DNA of 64,000 bases. It comes from Synechococcus sp. (GTDB lineage: Bacteria > Cyanobacteriota > Cyanobacteriia > Thermostichales > PCC-7336). The notes under the pieces are model-generated. The model ran no database searches, had not been told where the DNA came from, and worked only from the letters and a program-made list of their open reading frames with translations. Positions 16,985-27,161 of this stretch are shown here, piece by piece; positions within the stretch are counted from its first letter, which is position 1; the number at the start of each line of letters is the position of its first letter. Location: positions 1 to 64,000 of the forward strand of contig JBFRWD010000140.1 in assembly GCA_051439425.1 (NCBI GenBank), in the 5' to 3' direction. The translations under genes and the position numbers were made by a program.

Positions 16985-19501
16985 ATGAAAAACCGTGTCC
17001 TAGTTCGCCGATTACTGTTTGTCCTTACTAGCCTAGCGATTCTCCTCGTCGTATTAATGGTGAAGCTGCCCAAGACTCCCACTTTCGTCACCCCTGAGAT
17101 CTGGCCAGTTACCACTGGTGGAGCCCCGCTCGATCCGGTCATCGAGGCTCAAGTCGATGAATTGCTGAAGTCTATGACCATTGAGGAGATGGTGGGGCAA
17201 ACCATTCAGGCCGATATTGCGTCAGTTACCCCAGACGAAGTGCGGGCCTACGGATTGGGCTCGGTCCTCAACGGGGGAAACTCGGCTCCTAACAATAATG
17301 TTCGGGCTTCTGCTGCTGAGTGGTTAGCACTTGCTGATGCGTTTTATACGGCGTCTCGGGATACGAGCGGCGATCGCAAAGGAATCCCCGTGTTGTGGGG
17401 GACCGACGCCGTGCACGGTCATAACAATGTTATTGGAGCCACCTTATTTCCTCATAACATCGGTTTGGGAGCGACACGGAATATTGACCTCATGCGACAA
17501 ATTGCTCGGATTACAGCCCGCGAGGTCTCTGTAACCGGGATGGACTGGACATTTGCTCCCACCCTAGCTGTGGTTCGAGATGATTGTTGGGGACGTACCT
17601 ACGAGGGGTATTCCGAAGACCCGAATATTGTGAAAAACTACGCTACTGCCGTTGTTCAAGGGTTGCAGGGGGAGTTAGATACCCCGACTTTTTTGGGGGA
17701 CGAGCAGGTGCTTGCTACGGCCAAGCACTTTTTGGGGGATGGGGGTACGGTCAACGGTATCGATCGTGGTGACAACCAAGATTCTGAAGAAGAGTTACGC
17801 GATCGCCACGGAGCAGGATATCCTCCAGCGATCGAGGCTGGGGTGCAAACCGTGATGGCCTCATTCTCGTCATGGAACGGCGAGCAGATGCACGGACATA
17901 AAGGGCTGCTCACCGATGTCTTGAAAGAGCGGATGGGGTTTAACGGATTTGTGGTGGGGGATTGGGATGGCCATGGCAAAGTCCCGGGCTGTAGCAATTC
18001 CAGCTGTCCGGAAGCGTATAACGCTGGTTTGGACATGCTAATGGCTCCGGAAAGTTGGAAACGGTTGTACGAAAATACGGTCAAGCAAGTGAAGTCAGGA
18101 GAGATCCCTCGACGGCGATTAGAGGACGCTGTCCGTCGGATTCTGCGGGTGAAATATCGCCTCAGTTTGTTCGATAAACCTGCACCATCGCAGCGATCGC
18201 TGGCGGGCAACTATGCACTATTGGGTGCCCCCGAACATTTGGCGGTGGCTCGTCAGGCAGTGCGTGAATCTCTGGTGTTGCTGAAGAATCAAGGCAATCT
18301 GTTGCCCCTAAAAGCCAACCAACGGGTATTGGTGGCGGGTGATGGGGCTGACAGTATTGGCAAGCAAAGCGGTGGCTGGACACTGTCGTGGCAGGGGACG
18401 GGGAACAGCAATGGTAGCTTTCCCAATGGAGAGTCAATTTGGGAAGGAATTCGCAACGCGGTTGAGGCGGGTGGAGGAGAGGCCGAATTAAGTGTAGATG
18501 GCACTTACGAGGAGGTTCCCGATGTGGCGATTGTGGTGTTTGGTGAAGATCCCTATGCCGAGTTCAAAGGGGATGTGGATCATTTGGAATTCACATCCGA
18601 TCTGGGGCTGGAATTACTAAACAAGTTTAGGGACGCCGATATTCCTACGGTGTCGATTTTCTTAACCGGGCGACCAATGTGGGTCAACCCCGAAATCAAT
18701 GCTTCGGATGCATTTGTGGTGGCCTGGTTACCAGGGTCGCAAGGGGGAGGGGTGGCCGATGTCTTGATACGTCAGCCGAACGGCTCAATTCACTATGACT
18801 TTGAGGGAACATTGTCATTCTCTTGGCCACGCTCAGCGGTACAAAATGTCAATCGGGGAGATGCGAATTACGATCCGCAATTTGCCTACGGTTACGGACT
18901 GACTTACGTCGATCGCACCACGATCGGCACGCTGTCAGAAGATGCCAGACTGGATGATTTAATCGCTAACAACGAACTGTTCGCGTTTGGTGAGGCCATT
19001 CACCCTTGGGTGTTGCAGGGAAATAGTGACGGGCAGTCTATTGTGGCGGTGGATGCACGCACGCAGGTAGGAAATACTCTGACCATCCGCTCGGTCGATC
19101 GCAATGCTCAGGAGGATGCCCGACGATTCACCTGGAATGGGAATGCCAAAGCCTCGGTGGAAATTTCTGGACCGGGGGCAGATTACTCGCAACGGGATGA
19201 TACGGCGATCGCCATTCAATATCGAGTCAACAATCCGCCGAAAGACCCCGTAACTCTCTTTCTCACATGCGGTGAGGGATGTCGGGCTGAGTTGGATATG
19301 ACGACTCTATTTGCGGATGCCGAACTGGGAGAGTGGACTCAAACCGATATCTCGCTGCATTGTTTTGCAGAAGCAGGTGCAGATCTAGAAGAGGTCACCA
19401 CAGTATTTGGCCTGGAAACGTCAGGGGAATTTTCGATTTCGGTGTCGGATATTCAACTGGTTCCGGATGAAGGGCAAGCAATTTGCCCGCAACGCATTTA
19501 G
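16985..19501 (+). CDS. GH3 beta-glucosidase / exo-glucanase with N-terminal anchor and C-terminal galactose-binding-like domain
   Basis: DAVHGH, WGRTYEGYSED, AKHFLGDGG, GDW nucleophile motif, GEDPYAE; hydrophobic N-terminus. Confidence 0.9.
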   Translation: MKNRVLVRRLLFVLTSLAILLVVLMVKLPKTPTFVTPEIWPVTTGGAPLDPVIEAQVDELLKSMTIEEMVGQTIQADIASVTPDEVRAYGLGSVLNGGNSAPNNNVRASAAEWLALADAFYTASRDTSGDRKGIPVLWGTDAVHGHNNVIGATLFPHNIGLGATRNIDLMRQIARITAREVSVTGMDWTFAPTLAVVRDDCWGRTYEGYSEDPNIVKNYATAVVQGLQGELDTPTFLGDEQVLATAKHFLGDGGTVNGIDRGDNQDSEEELRDRHGAGYPPAIEAGVQTVMASFSSWNGEQMHGHKGLLTDVLKERMGFNGFVVGDWDGHGKVPGCSNSSCPEAYNAGLDMLMAPESWKRLYENTVKQVKSGEIPRRRLEDAVRRILRVKYRLSLFDKPAPSQRSLAGNYALLGAPEHLAVARQAVRESLVLLKNQGNLLPLKANQRVLVAGDGADSIGKQSGGWTLSWQGTGNSNGSFPNGESIWEGIRNAVEAGGGEAELSVDGTYEEVPDVAIVVFGEDPYAEFKGDVDHLEFTSDLGLELLNKFRDADIPTVSIFLTGRPMWVNPEINASDAFVVAWLPGSQGGGVADVLIRQPNGSIHYDFEGTLSFSWPRSAVQNVNRGDANYDPQFAYGYGLTYVDRTTIGTLSEDARLDDLIANNELFAFGEAIHPWVLQGNSDGQSIVAVDARTQVGNTLTIRSVDRNAQEDARRFTWNGNAKASVEISGPGADYSQRDDTAIAIQYRVNNPPKDPVTLFLTCGEGCRAELDMTTLFADAELGEWTQTDISLHCFAEAGADLEEVTTVFGLETSGEFSISVSDIQLVPDEGQAICPQRI

Positions 19502-19724
19502 TGTTTTGTCAGGCTTGCTATTAGGGGTCATCGAACGATCGATAGATTGCAGCAAGCCTGAGTAAGAGGCCAGGAACTGTCACTGATGGCTGGTTTTTAA
19601 ATCTTTTTCCAAAACCTGATGCCTCGCCATACATTGCCAGCTTCTAGAACGAAAGTCCTCTGCTATTTAGGTGAAATTGCCTCCTGCAATACCGCAGTCT
19701 GAATAGCTATTACCTTGGTTTCAG

Positions 19725-21842
19725 TCATGCAGCAATCTCTTCACTAGCAGCAAGGACTTTCAATATAAACGCGTAGTCAAAGGCCTTTTCTCGCAGTTTG
19801 GTATAACGAGCAGAAGAACCAGCATGTCCAGCAGTCATTTTCATTTTTAACAGGAGCAAATTATTGTCTGTTTTGAACTCGCGTAGTTTGGCCACCATTT
19901 TGGTTGGTTCCCAATAGGTGACCTGCTCGTCGGTGATTCCGGAATTGAACAGCATGTTGGGGTATTCTTTGCGCTGGACATTATCGTAGGGGGAGTAGCT
20001 TAATATGTAATCAAAAGAGTCTTTATCCTGAATAGGATTTCCCCATTCGTTCCATTCGGGAGGTGTTAGGGGTAACGTTTCATCACAAATGGTATTGATA
20101 ACATCAACAAAGGGAACATCCAGAATCACCGTTTGGAAGAGTTCGGGGGCCATATTAGAAATAGCACCCATGAGAAGTCCTCCCGCACTCCCTCCATTAG
20201 CCACAATTTTCCCTTTTGCACAATATTGATGCTCGATTAAATACTTGCAGCAAGATATAAAATCCGTGAAGGTATTCATCTTTTTATCCAATTTTCCATC
20301 TAGATACCATCGATAGCCCCTATCCGATCCTCCCCGTATGTGAGCGATAGAATAAGAAAATCCTCGATCTACTAAACTCATTACGTTGGATGAAAAGTAA
20401 GCCGGGATAGAGTAGCCATAGGATCCGTAGCCGTAGATGAAGGCGGGAGCCTTAGTATCTTGACTGAAGCCCTTTTTAATAACAATGGTGAGAGGGATTT
20501 CTTCTCCATCATGAGCCGGGGCAAACACCCTCTTGACTTGATAGTTATCGGGATTGAAGTTGGGACAATCTCCCGGCTTGACGATAGAAATCGATTCACT
20601 TTCTAGATCGTATTCTTGGGTCTCAGTTGGGCGAATGGGGGATTGATAAATGAACTGAATGGTTTTGCTTTCAAATTCCAATGCCCCCAGGTAACTAAGG
20701 GAGTAGGCTTCATCCTTCATCTCTATTTCACTCGTATTCCCAGTTTCAATATTTTTGATGACAAGCTTGGGAAGTGCGAGTTTGTTATCGTTAACTACCA
20801 TCACCAGATAGTCATTGTAGAGATCGATATTCTTAATATAAATCTGTTCGCTATGAGGGATATATTCGGACCAACTCTCTTTTCCCCGTTGCTCTTCAGG
20901 GCATGTCATAACCTTATTGTTGATACATCGATCGGAGTTGGTAAGAATATAAAACAGACCTTTCCCTGACTCTAAAGAAACAAGGGTGTCCTTTTCGAGT
21001 TTGTGAAAGAGGACTGGTTGAGCTTTGGCATCTCGGGCATCAATGAGGTAGAGCTGATTTGCGTTGGTATCGCCGAATTCCAAAACGATGTAATTTCTAT
21101 CGCTGGTTCGATAGATCGACATAAACAGATTGCTCAGATCGTCGGGCCTCTCAAAGATCAACTCTCTTTCCTTCGGCCCATCTTGAATATCTAAACGATA
21201 GAGTGCTCGTCCTCGACCATCCTGGGGATCGCGCTCGATATAGTAGAGGTGTTTATAATCCCGACACCAAACCACGTCTCCCGTTGTCTCTTTCGCCTCC
21301 CAAGGGAAATCTTCTCTACTGTCAAGATCGCGGACTTTTACCGTATATTCCATTGAGCCGGTAGTGTTTTCTGAATACGCGAGGTAGCGATCGCCTTCAC
21401 TTCTACTTAGAGCCCCAAGGCTGTAGTAGCCTCTCCCCTCGGCTTCAGCATTAACATCAAAGTAGATTTCTTCTGCAGCTTCTAAACTGTCTTTTTTGCG
21501 GCAATAGTAAGAGTAGTTTTTTCCCTTTTCAATACGCGAATAATAATAGTATTCTCCATGTTTCATTGGAGCCCGAGAGTCATCTTCCTTTACTCGGGAA
21601 AGCATCTCTTGGTAAAGGTCTTCTTGAAGTTTTGAAGTGTCCTCCATGATGGTTTCAGTATATTTATTTTCCGTATTGATATAGTCAAAGATCGCTTGGT
21701 TTTTAAAATCAATATCGCCTTTGATAAACTGTTGCCAATTATCATCGCGCAACCAGTGATAGTCATCAATGCGCTCAATGCCGTGGCGATTGATTATGTG
21801 AGGAACCTTTTCAGCGCTGGGAGGGGGCACCTTACTGGTCAT
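19725..21842 (-). CDS. ptrB: oligopeptidase B (S9A)
   Basis: DDYHWLRD, GGSAGG catalytic Ser, VPFVDV, EWNEWGNP, AGH motifs. Confidence 0.92.
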   Translation of the reverse strand: MTSKVPPPSAEKVPHIINRHGIERIDDYHWLRDDNWQQFIKGDIDFKNQAIFDYINTENKYTETIMEDTSKLQEDLYQEMLSRVKEDDSRAPMKHGEYYYYSRIEKGKNYSYYCRKKDSLEAAEEIYFDVNAEAEGRGYYSLGALSRSEGDRYLAYSENTTGSMEYTVKVRDLDSREDFPWEAKETTGDVVWCRDYKHLYYIERDPQDGRGRALYRLDIQDGPKERELIFERPDDLSNLFMSIYRTSDRNYIVLEFGDTNANQLYLIDARDAKAQPVLFHKLEKDTLVSLESGKGLFYILTNSDRCINNKVMTCPEEQRGKESWSEYIPHSEQIYIKNIDLYNDYLVMVVNDNKLALPKLVIKNIETGNTSEIEMKDEAYSLSYLGALEFESKTIQFIYQSPIRPTETQEYDLESESISIVKPGDCPNFNPDNYQVKRVFAPAHDGEEIPLTIVIKKGFSQDTKAPAFIYGYGSYGYSIPAYFSSNVMSLVDRGFSYSIAHIRGGSDRGYRWYLDGKLDKKMNTFTDFISCCKYLIEHQYCAKGKIVANGGSAGGLLMGAISNMAPELFQTVILDVPFVDVINTICDETLPLTPPEWNEWGNPIQDKDSFDYILSYSPYDNVQRKEYPNMLFNSGITDEQVTYWEPTKMVAKLREFKTDNNLLLLKMKMTAGHAGSSARYTKLREKAFDYAFILKVLAASEEIAA

Positions 21843-22217
21843 ATGAGTTCCTCGCTTGGGGCATTAGGGGATATTGCACATGCAGGTACGCTCACTATTT
21901 CAACTTTTTTAGTGTCAGGCAAACCTCAACGCAGATATATCGAGCCTTTTTGACTGTTTCGGGTCTGGAACCTCTTTCCAGAATTCTCGAACTTACAGCG
22001 ATCTGTCGTAGAGGCTCCTGTAAATTATTGAGTTTCTGCGGCCACCTCAACGCCAGCGTTCTGAATTGCTTCAGGTTACGCATTGCACGTTCGAGGAACG
22101 CCAAGAGACAGTTAACCTCGATCGGCAAGACGAGCCGTCCGCTTTTTCCCGCTCCGGTACATTCATCCGATCGCGATCACGGCACATCAAACTCAGCATT
22201 ACGGACGATATCTGTTT

Positions 22218-22865
22218 CTAGGCCGAGGAATACAGAAAATCCATCCCCGGCTTTTCGGTGGCATAGAAATGGACCCAGATGTAGACGTGACTGAATGCTG
22301 CGACGGTGACTGCTGCCGACGAGTTCAGGCCAGTGGCGATCGCCCAAAATAAAAGGAACCCGTAGAGGTACATTCCGTTGTTCGTGAATCGGAAAATGCC
22401 TTGGGTTACAAGGGGCATATCGCGGTATTTCGGATCGAAGCGATCGGCACCAGCAGCCCGCGCAAATCCAAAGTATTTTTTTACGCTGTACATGGTGTAG
22501 ATGCTGAGCAAGGCGAGCAGGGCCGTGGCGATCGCCTGTGGGAGAATTGCGAGGCTAAGACTGTAACGGTCTATCCAGGCTAATGCAAATAGCGAGATGA
22601 AGCGGCCTGCAAACAGCAGGAAGAACAAAACGAGGTATCCGTGGAATCCAATCGCATGACTGGTAATCGAGGAGTGGAGTTCTAAGCGCCATGCCAGCCA
22701 TACGAAGACTTGATGCACGATGGGAATAGCAATGGCAATCCAGAAGGCGACCGGGTATGGATCGCCCAGATACTTCCAAACCAACCAAACTAGCGCCAGG
22801 AGAAACGTCAGGCAGATGAAATGTAACGACTGACCGACCCAGAGGCCGGGAACTTGTGGAGACAT
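22218..22865 (-). CDS. PEMT/ICMT-like membrane methyltransferase
   Basis: Multiple TM helices; PLVTQGIFRFTNNGMY and TEKP motifs. Confidence 0.7.
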   Translation of the reverse strand: MSPQVPGLWVGQSLHFICLTFLLALVWLVWKYLGDPYPVAFWIAIAIPIVHQVFVWLAWRLELHSSITSHAIGFHGYLVLFFLLFAGRFISLFALAWIDRYSLSLAILPQAIATALLALLSIYTMYSVKKYFGFARAAGADRFDPKYRDMPLVTQGIFRFTNNGMYLYGFLLFWAIATGLNSSAAVTVAAFSHVYIWVHFYATEKPGMDFLYSSA

Positions 22866-23019
22866 GCTTTTTCAAAACTGCGAGGGGTACGATTTTTTAA
22901 GCTTCAACAAGATGTAACGCCTACTTACCTCCTAGTACGGCTCTCGATGACAGTGTCGCAACCTACTCACCATAGACACTGTCTCATCGGTAGCTGCAAT
23001 GACGATGTCGATACAATGA

Positions 23020-23718
23020 ATGTCGTTGCACGTAACATCTCCTCTTCAGCTGTTGAGATTATTCCGGTTACTATTTACGCTGGCCCAAACTTACGTATTA
23101 CTCTTGGGCATCGCGATTGGGCTGTGGTTGTGGATAGCCACGATGGGCTTCAGACCAGTCGTGATGGCTATTGGAGTGGCGATTGCCTTCCTTGGGTTCA
23201 TTGCTTGGGTCTGGCAACTCTCTCGCTTGCCACAACTACAAACTCAACTGGCTCCAGAACGGTCTGCCAATTTGCTGGATACAGTGGTTTACAACAATCG
23301 CATTAACCAACTCAATGCCAAATTCCAAGCCTCTGCTCCTATTGAAAGCTGGCAACAAGCACTCAATTGGAGCCAGTCTTCCCAAACCATTGCAGCTGCG
23401 ATTGCCGACCGACGCCCCGCTCTGTCTAGCGATCTGCTAGACACGCTCTACACTGTCTTAGGATTACTTGAGCAAGTGGGTCAGGCCATACAAGTTAACC
23501 AAGAAGTTGAAACCACTACGTATCGCCGTCTTGCCCGCCAAAAGCTCGAAACGAGTTTGCAACGGCTGGAGGTAACCTACCAGGACTTACAAGTATTGCG
23601 CGATCAATTAGCCATTTCCTCTCTAGCCTCAGAAGGAGATAGCGATCGACTCCCAGTGAATCTGCAAATGTTGATCCAGGCCAACTCGGCAGCTTTGGAA
23701 CTCTCGACCGGAGAGTAG
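23020..23718 (+). CDS. hypothetical membrane protein (2 TM plus coiled-coil), first gene of VWA operon
   Basis: 232 aa; co-oriented and closely spaced with the VWA gene. Confidence 0.75.
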   Translation: MSLHVTSPLQLLRLFRLLFTLAQTYVLLLGIAIGLWLWIATMGFRPVVMAIGVAIAFLGFIAWVWQLSRLPQLQTQLAPERSANLLDTVVYNNRINQLNAKFQASAPIESWQQALNWSQSSQTIAAAIADRRPALSSDLLDTLYTVLGLLEQVGQAIQVNQEVETTTYRRLARQKLETSLQRLEVTYQDLQVLRDQLAISSLASEGDSDRLPVNLQMLIQANSAALELSTGE

Positions 23719-23799
23719 TGCGATCGATAGAGTAGCGAGATTAATACCGAAGCTAGATAGATGGTTCGCCTTATTATCAGTCACCGTTAATGATTAGAC

Positions 23800-25548
23800 G
23801 TGAGATTCTTTCACATGACTCTACCGTTCTTAGCAAGTGCATCTAAGCGTTGTTGGATGCTAGTTTTACCGCTGGCAATAGTCAGTTGTGGCACTCTCAC
23901 CATCAGTTCCTATGAGGACGCTGAAGATGCCTTGCGAGATCGGCTATTGCCCGAAATAGAGGTTGAGGATCGAACCGTTTCGGATGCGATCGCCACTCGG
24001 TATTCTGTCGAAGGTATTCGGGAACCTCTGCCCGACATCAACAACTATCCACTGTATGCAGCTCGTCGGACGAACGACCCCAATACGGTGTACCTCGAGA
24101 TTTTTACATCGTCGGAAAAAGCCAATAACGAACGCGTGAACGAACGCTGGTTGATTGATGTTGCTGAGGAATTCAATCAACAGCAAATTCGCTTGGACAC
24201 CGGGCAATTGATTCAAGTGGGCATTCGTAAAATTGCCTCCGGTACAGCGGCTCAACTGTTGGCCTCCGGTACCGTCGATCCCGAAGGCTATTCACCGTCC
24301 AATGATTTGTGGGTCGAAATTTTGAACGATCGAGGGGTGGATCTGGTTACCGTGCAACCTCAGTTAGTAGAAAACACGGCTGGGTTTGTGCTCCAAGGGG
24401 ATGTCTACGAGCGATTGGCTGTTGATGGAAATCTTAGATTTGACGACTTGCTGAATCATATCCTTGCCGGAGAACTGAACGTGGGGTATCCCAATCCCTA
24501 TACCAGCTCAACCTCACTTAACCTGCTGTACACGATCTTTTGGAATGCTGCAGGACATGCTGGTGATGGGAGTCCCCTCACCCTTAACGATTTGGGATCG
24601 CCGGAGGTAAACTCCGTTTTTTCTGCATTTCAAGACAATGTTTTGATTACCACTCGCACCACTCTCGACCTGCAAGAAATATTTCTGCGCGATCCGGATA
24701 AGCTGCAAGCCTTTCCGCTGGAGTATCAGAATTTCGTTAGCTTGCGCCAACAACCCCAGTTTCGAGAGGTTCAATTTGTTCCGTTTGGCATTCCCCACAA
24801 CAATCCACTCATCGGGTTTGAGTGGAATACCGATCGCGAGGATGAGGCTTTAGACATATTCGGAGACTATGCCGTTGCGCAAGCTGCTCAGCAACTGGCG
24901 CAACAGCAGGGGTTTACTGACATCGCTCGTCAAGATACCCAGCCCCCAATTCCAGAGGGCACAATTCTTGAAGCGGCTCGCACCTATTGGAAGGAGCAGA
25001 AAGAGGGGGGGCGCACAGTCTATTTAATGGTGGTCGTTGATGCTAGTGGTTCGATGGAGGGGGAACCTATGCGTGCCCTCAAAGAAGGTTTGGCAATTGC
25101 AAGTACTGACATTAATGCCGGCAACTACATTGGCATGATTGCATTTAACGAACATCCTCAGACGCTGGTTCCTCTTGCCCCCTTCGATCGCCTGCAGCAC
25201 CAACGCTTCCTGGCCGGAATTGATACCTTGCGGGCTGATGGGTCCACTGCGATGTATGACGCTACTATGGTCGCGATTGGAGAGTTAATGGAGCGTCGAG
25301 CGGCAGATCCTGATGGCCGTTTTTTCATATTGCTTTTGACGGATGGCGAGACCAATCAAGGGTTAACCTTCAACCGAGTTCAAGAGGTATTGGAATATAG
25401 CGACATTCGTTTGTATCCCATTGCCTACGGGGAACCGAATTTAGCTGAACTGGAGGCAATTGCAGGGCTACGAGAATCCACAGTTCAAACCGGAACTACT
25501 GCTAATATCCAAACCATTTTGCGGGGGCTGTTCCAAACGAATCTTTAA
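23800..25548 (+). CDS. lipoprotein with extracellular solute-binding-like domain and C-terminal VWA domain
   Basis: Lipobox-like IVSC; NPYTSSTSLN; MIDAS motif VVDASGSM...GSTAMYDA...LLTDGETN. Confidence 0.85.
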   Translation: MRFFHMTLPFLASASKRCWMLVLPLAIVSCGTLTISSYEDAEDALRDRLLPEIEVEDRTVSDAIATRYSVEGIREPLPDINNYPLYAARRTNDPNTVYLEIFTSSEKANNERVNERWLIDVAEEFNQQQIRLDTGQLIQVGIRKIASGTAAQLLASGTVDPEGYSPSNDLWVEILNDRGVDLVTVQPQLVENTAGFVLQGDVYERLAVDGNLRFDDLLNHILAGELNVGYPNPYTSSTSLNLLYTIFWNAAGHAGDGSPLTLNDLGSPEVNSVFSAFQDNVLITTRTTLDLQEIFLRDPDKLQAFPLEYQNFVSLRQQPQFREVQFVPFGIPHNNPLIGFEWNTDREDEALDIFGDYAVAQAAQQLAQQQGFTDIARQDTQPPIPEGTILEAARTYWKEQKEGGRTVYLMVVVDASGSMEGEPMRALKEGLAIASTDINAGNYIGMIAFNEHPQTLVPLAPFDRLQHQRFLAGIDTLRADGSTAMYDATMVAIGELMERRAADPDGRFFILLLTDGETNQGLTFNRVQEVLEYSDIRLYPIAYGEPNLAELEAIAGLRESTVQTGTTANIQTILRGLFQTNL

Positions 25549-25611
25549 CCGTATCGGCAAAGACTCTGTGACGGCAGACTACCGTTCTTCACGATTTACC
25601 CGAGTTAACTT

Positions 25612-25986
25612 ATGCATTTGACGTCCCGCCTGATCGTCACTCTGTGTTGTACGGGCTGTGCTTTCGGTCTTGCTGGAGCTGCCGTCACAGCATTGCTTCC
25701 CGTTCCCAAACAAACCGTTTTGCTGGATCGCAGCTACTGTCCCCCCGAGCGATGGCAGGAAATAGCAGGGGACTATAAACGTCTTTACTCCCAACACCAG
25801 CGCAAAGTTGTGACTATATCGGAGGTGGTTACGTTTAGCAGTCTAGGTAGCCAACCACTGGCCGAGCTGCCAGCACCGGTCGATATCGAGCAAATGCAGA
25901 CGTTTGGGCTCCCGGCCGAAGGGCAGCGCCAGACTTTGCTGGAACAATATGGCCAAACTGCTACGGTTCTACTTACCTGCCATTAA
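25612..25986 (+). CDS. hypothetical exported protein, third gene of VWA operon
   Basis: Hydrophobic N-terminus; VLLDRSYC motif. Confidence 0.7.
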   Translation: MHLTSRLIVTLCCTGCAFGLAGAAVTALLPVPKQTVLLDRSYCPPERWQEIAGDYKRLYSQHQRKVVTISEVVTFSSLGSQPLAELPAPVDIEQMQTFGLPAEGQRQTLLEQYGQTATVLLTCH

Positions 25987-26039
25987 CATAACGACAACTT
26001 ACAGCCATTCCTTCGCAATTCCAGAAACCGTTGCGTTCA

Positions 26040-26132
26040 ATACGCTAGGCCATCCGCTCTGGAGAGTTCTCCAATCATTTCTCCCTGTGGATTAAGGCTT
26101 TGAGCTGTCTCCCGACTTCAGACCTTACAGCG
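26040..26132 (+). repeat. dispersed repeat family B, copy 2 (degenerate, right end interrupted)
   Basis: Shares ATCCGCTCTGGAGAGTT...AAGGCTTTGAGCTGTCT...CAGACCTTAcAGCG with 43257-43364. Confidence 0.75.
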
Positions 26133-26257
26133 ACCTGAGTTCGATAGCCCCCCCAGTCCTAAGCCTACATTGGGAGAGGAGAGAGGCTTCAAACCCTAAT
26201 GCTTTGGTTGTACAGCGAAGGAATGATTCAACTCAAATTGCTCTGTCGAACTGACGT
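26133..26257. mobile_element. putative 125-bp MITE with 15-bp imperfect terminal inverted repeats
   Basis: Left ACCTGAGTTCGATAG versus reverse complement of right end ACGTCAGTTCGACAG (12/15). Confidence 0.45.
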
Positions 26258-26292
26258 GGATACGATGGGTTAATGGAGATTGGACGAGCAAA

Positions 26293-26386
26293 TATAGCCT
26301 TTGCCATTTCAGTTAGGACAGAGGTTCCGATCGTTGTCAGGTCTAGACATCGCTGAAATGTCCGCATTGGTATGGCCACTGCCATA
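26293..26386 (+). repeat. dispersed repeat family A, copy 1 (94 bp, MITE-like)
   Basis: TATAGCCTTTGCCATTTCAGTTAGGACA...GACATCGCTGAAATGTCCGCATTGGTATGGCCACTGCCATA; aligns with 27698-27792 and 36666-36760. Confidence 0.85.
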
Positions 26387-26427
26387 CACCTCATTACCCA
26401 TCGCTATTAGATGGAGCGCTCGGGCCA

Positions 26428-27150
26428 TTAGCCCAGTACACGCATCAATCCAGGTAGCAATACTGCTGTGGTGAACGCCGACAAAGCCATTGCTAGCCCA
26501 GCAAAAGCTCCCATTTCGGAGCTGAGTTGGAACGCTCTCGCCGTTCCCAATCCATGAGCTGCAATGCCCAATGCGACTCCTTTCGTGGTGTTGTCTCGAA
26601 TTCGCATCCAATCGAGCAAAGCGGGGCCAATACTGGAACCCAAGATACCGGTTAAGACAACCAACACTGCGGTGAGGGACGGTAGGCCACCGATTTGTTC
26701 GGAAATCCCCATGGCAACAGGAGTCGTGACGGATTTTGGGGCAATGGACAATTGTGTTTCGAGGGTGGCACCGAGCACTTTGGCCAGAAAGACGGAGCTG
26801 AGGGCACTGAGAATGACTCCGGAGAGGATTGCGATCGCCAGTTGGGGCCACAGTGTTTTGAGCTTAGAGCACTGTTTGTAGAGGGGAATGGCTAAGGCGA
26901 CGGTGGCGGGACCCAGCAAAAAATGTATGAATTGACCCCCTTCGAAATACTGCTCGTAAGACGTACCGGTGAGCAGGAGTAAGGCGATGAGGGTCAGGAT
27001 GGACGTGAGAACGGGATTTAGAAGCGGGTTGGATTTAGCTAACCGGTAGAGCTTGTAGGCCAAGTTGTAGACCAGCAGTGTGACGGTTAGCTCCACCAGT
27101 GGAGTGGCGGGTAGGTAGACCCAAATGTCGGAGAAGTCGAAGTCAGGCAT
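26428..27150 (-). CDS. lrgB: LrgB family membrane protein
   Basis: LLGPATVALAIPLY, PKSVTTPVAM, AHGLGTARA motifs; ATG at 27150. Confidence 0.93.
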   Translation of the reverse strand: MPDFDFSDIWVYLPATPLVELTVTLLVYNLAYKLYRLAKSNPLLNPVLTSILTLIALLLLTGTSYEQYFEGGQFIHFLLGPATVALAIPLYKQCSKLKTLWPQLAIAILSGVILSALSSVFLAKVLGATLETQLSIAPKSVTTPVAMGISEQIGGLPSLTAVLVVLTGILGSSIGPALLDWMRIRDNTTKGVALGIAAHGLGTARAFQLSSEMGAFAGLAMALSAFTTAVLLPGLMRVLG

Positions 27151-27161
27151 GGGTAGGCAAT

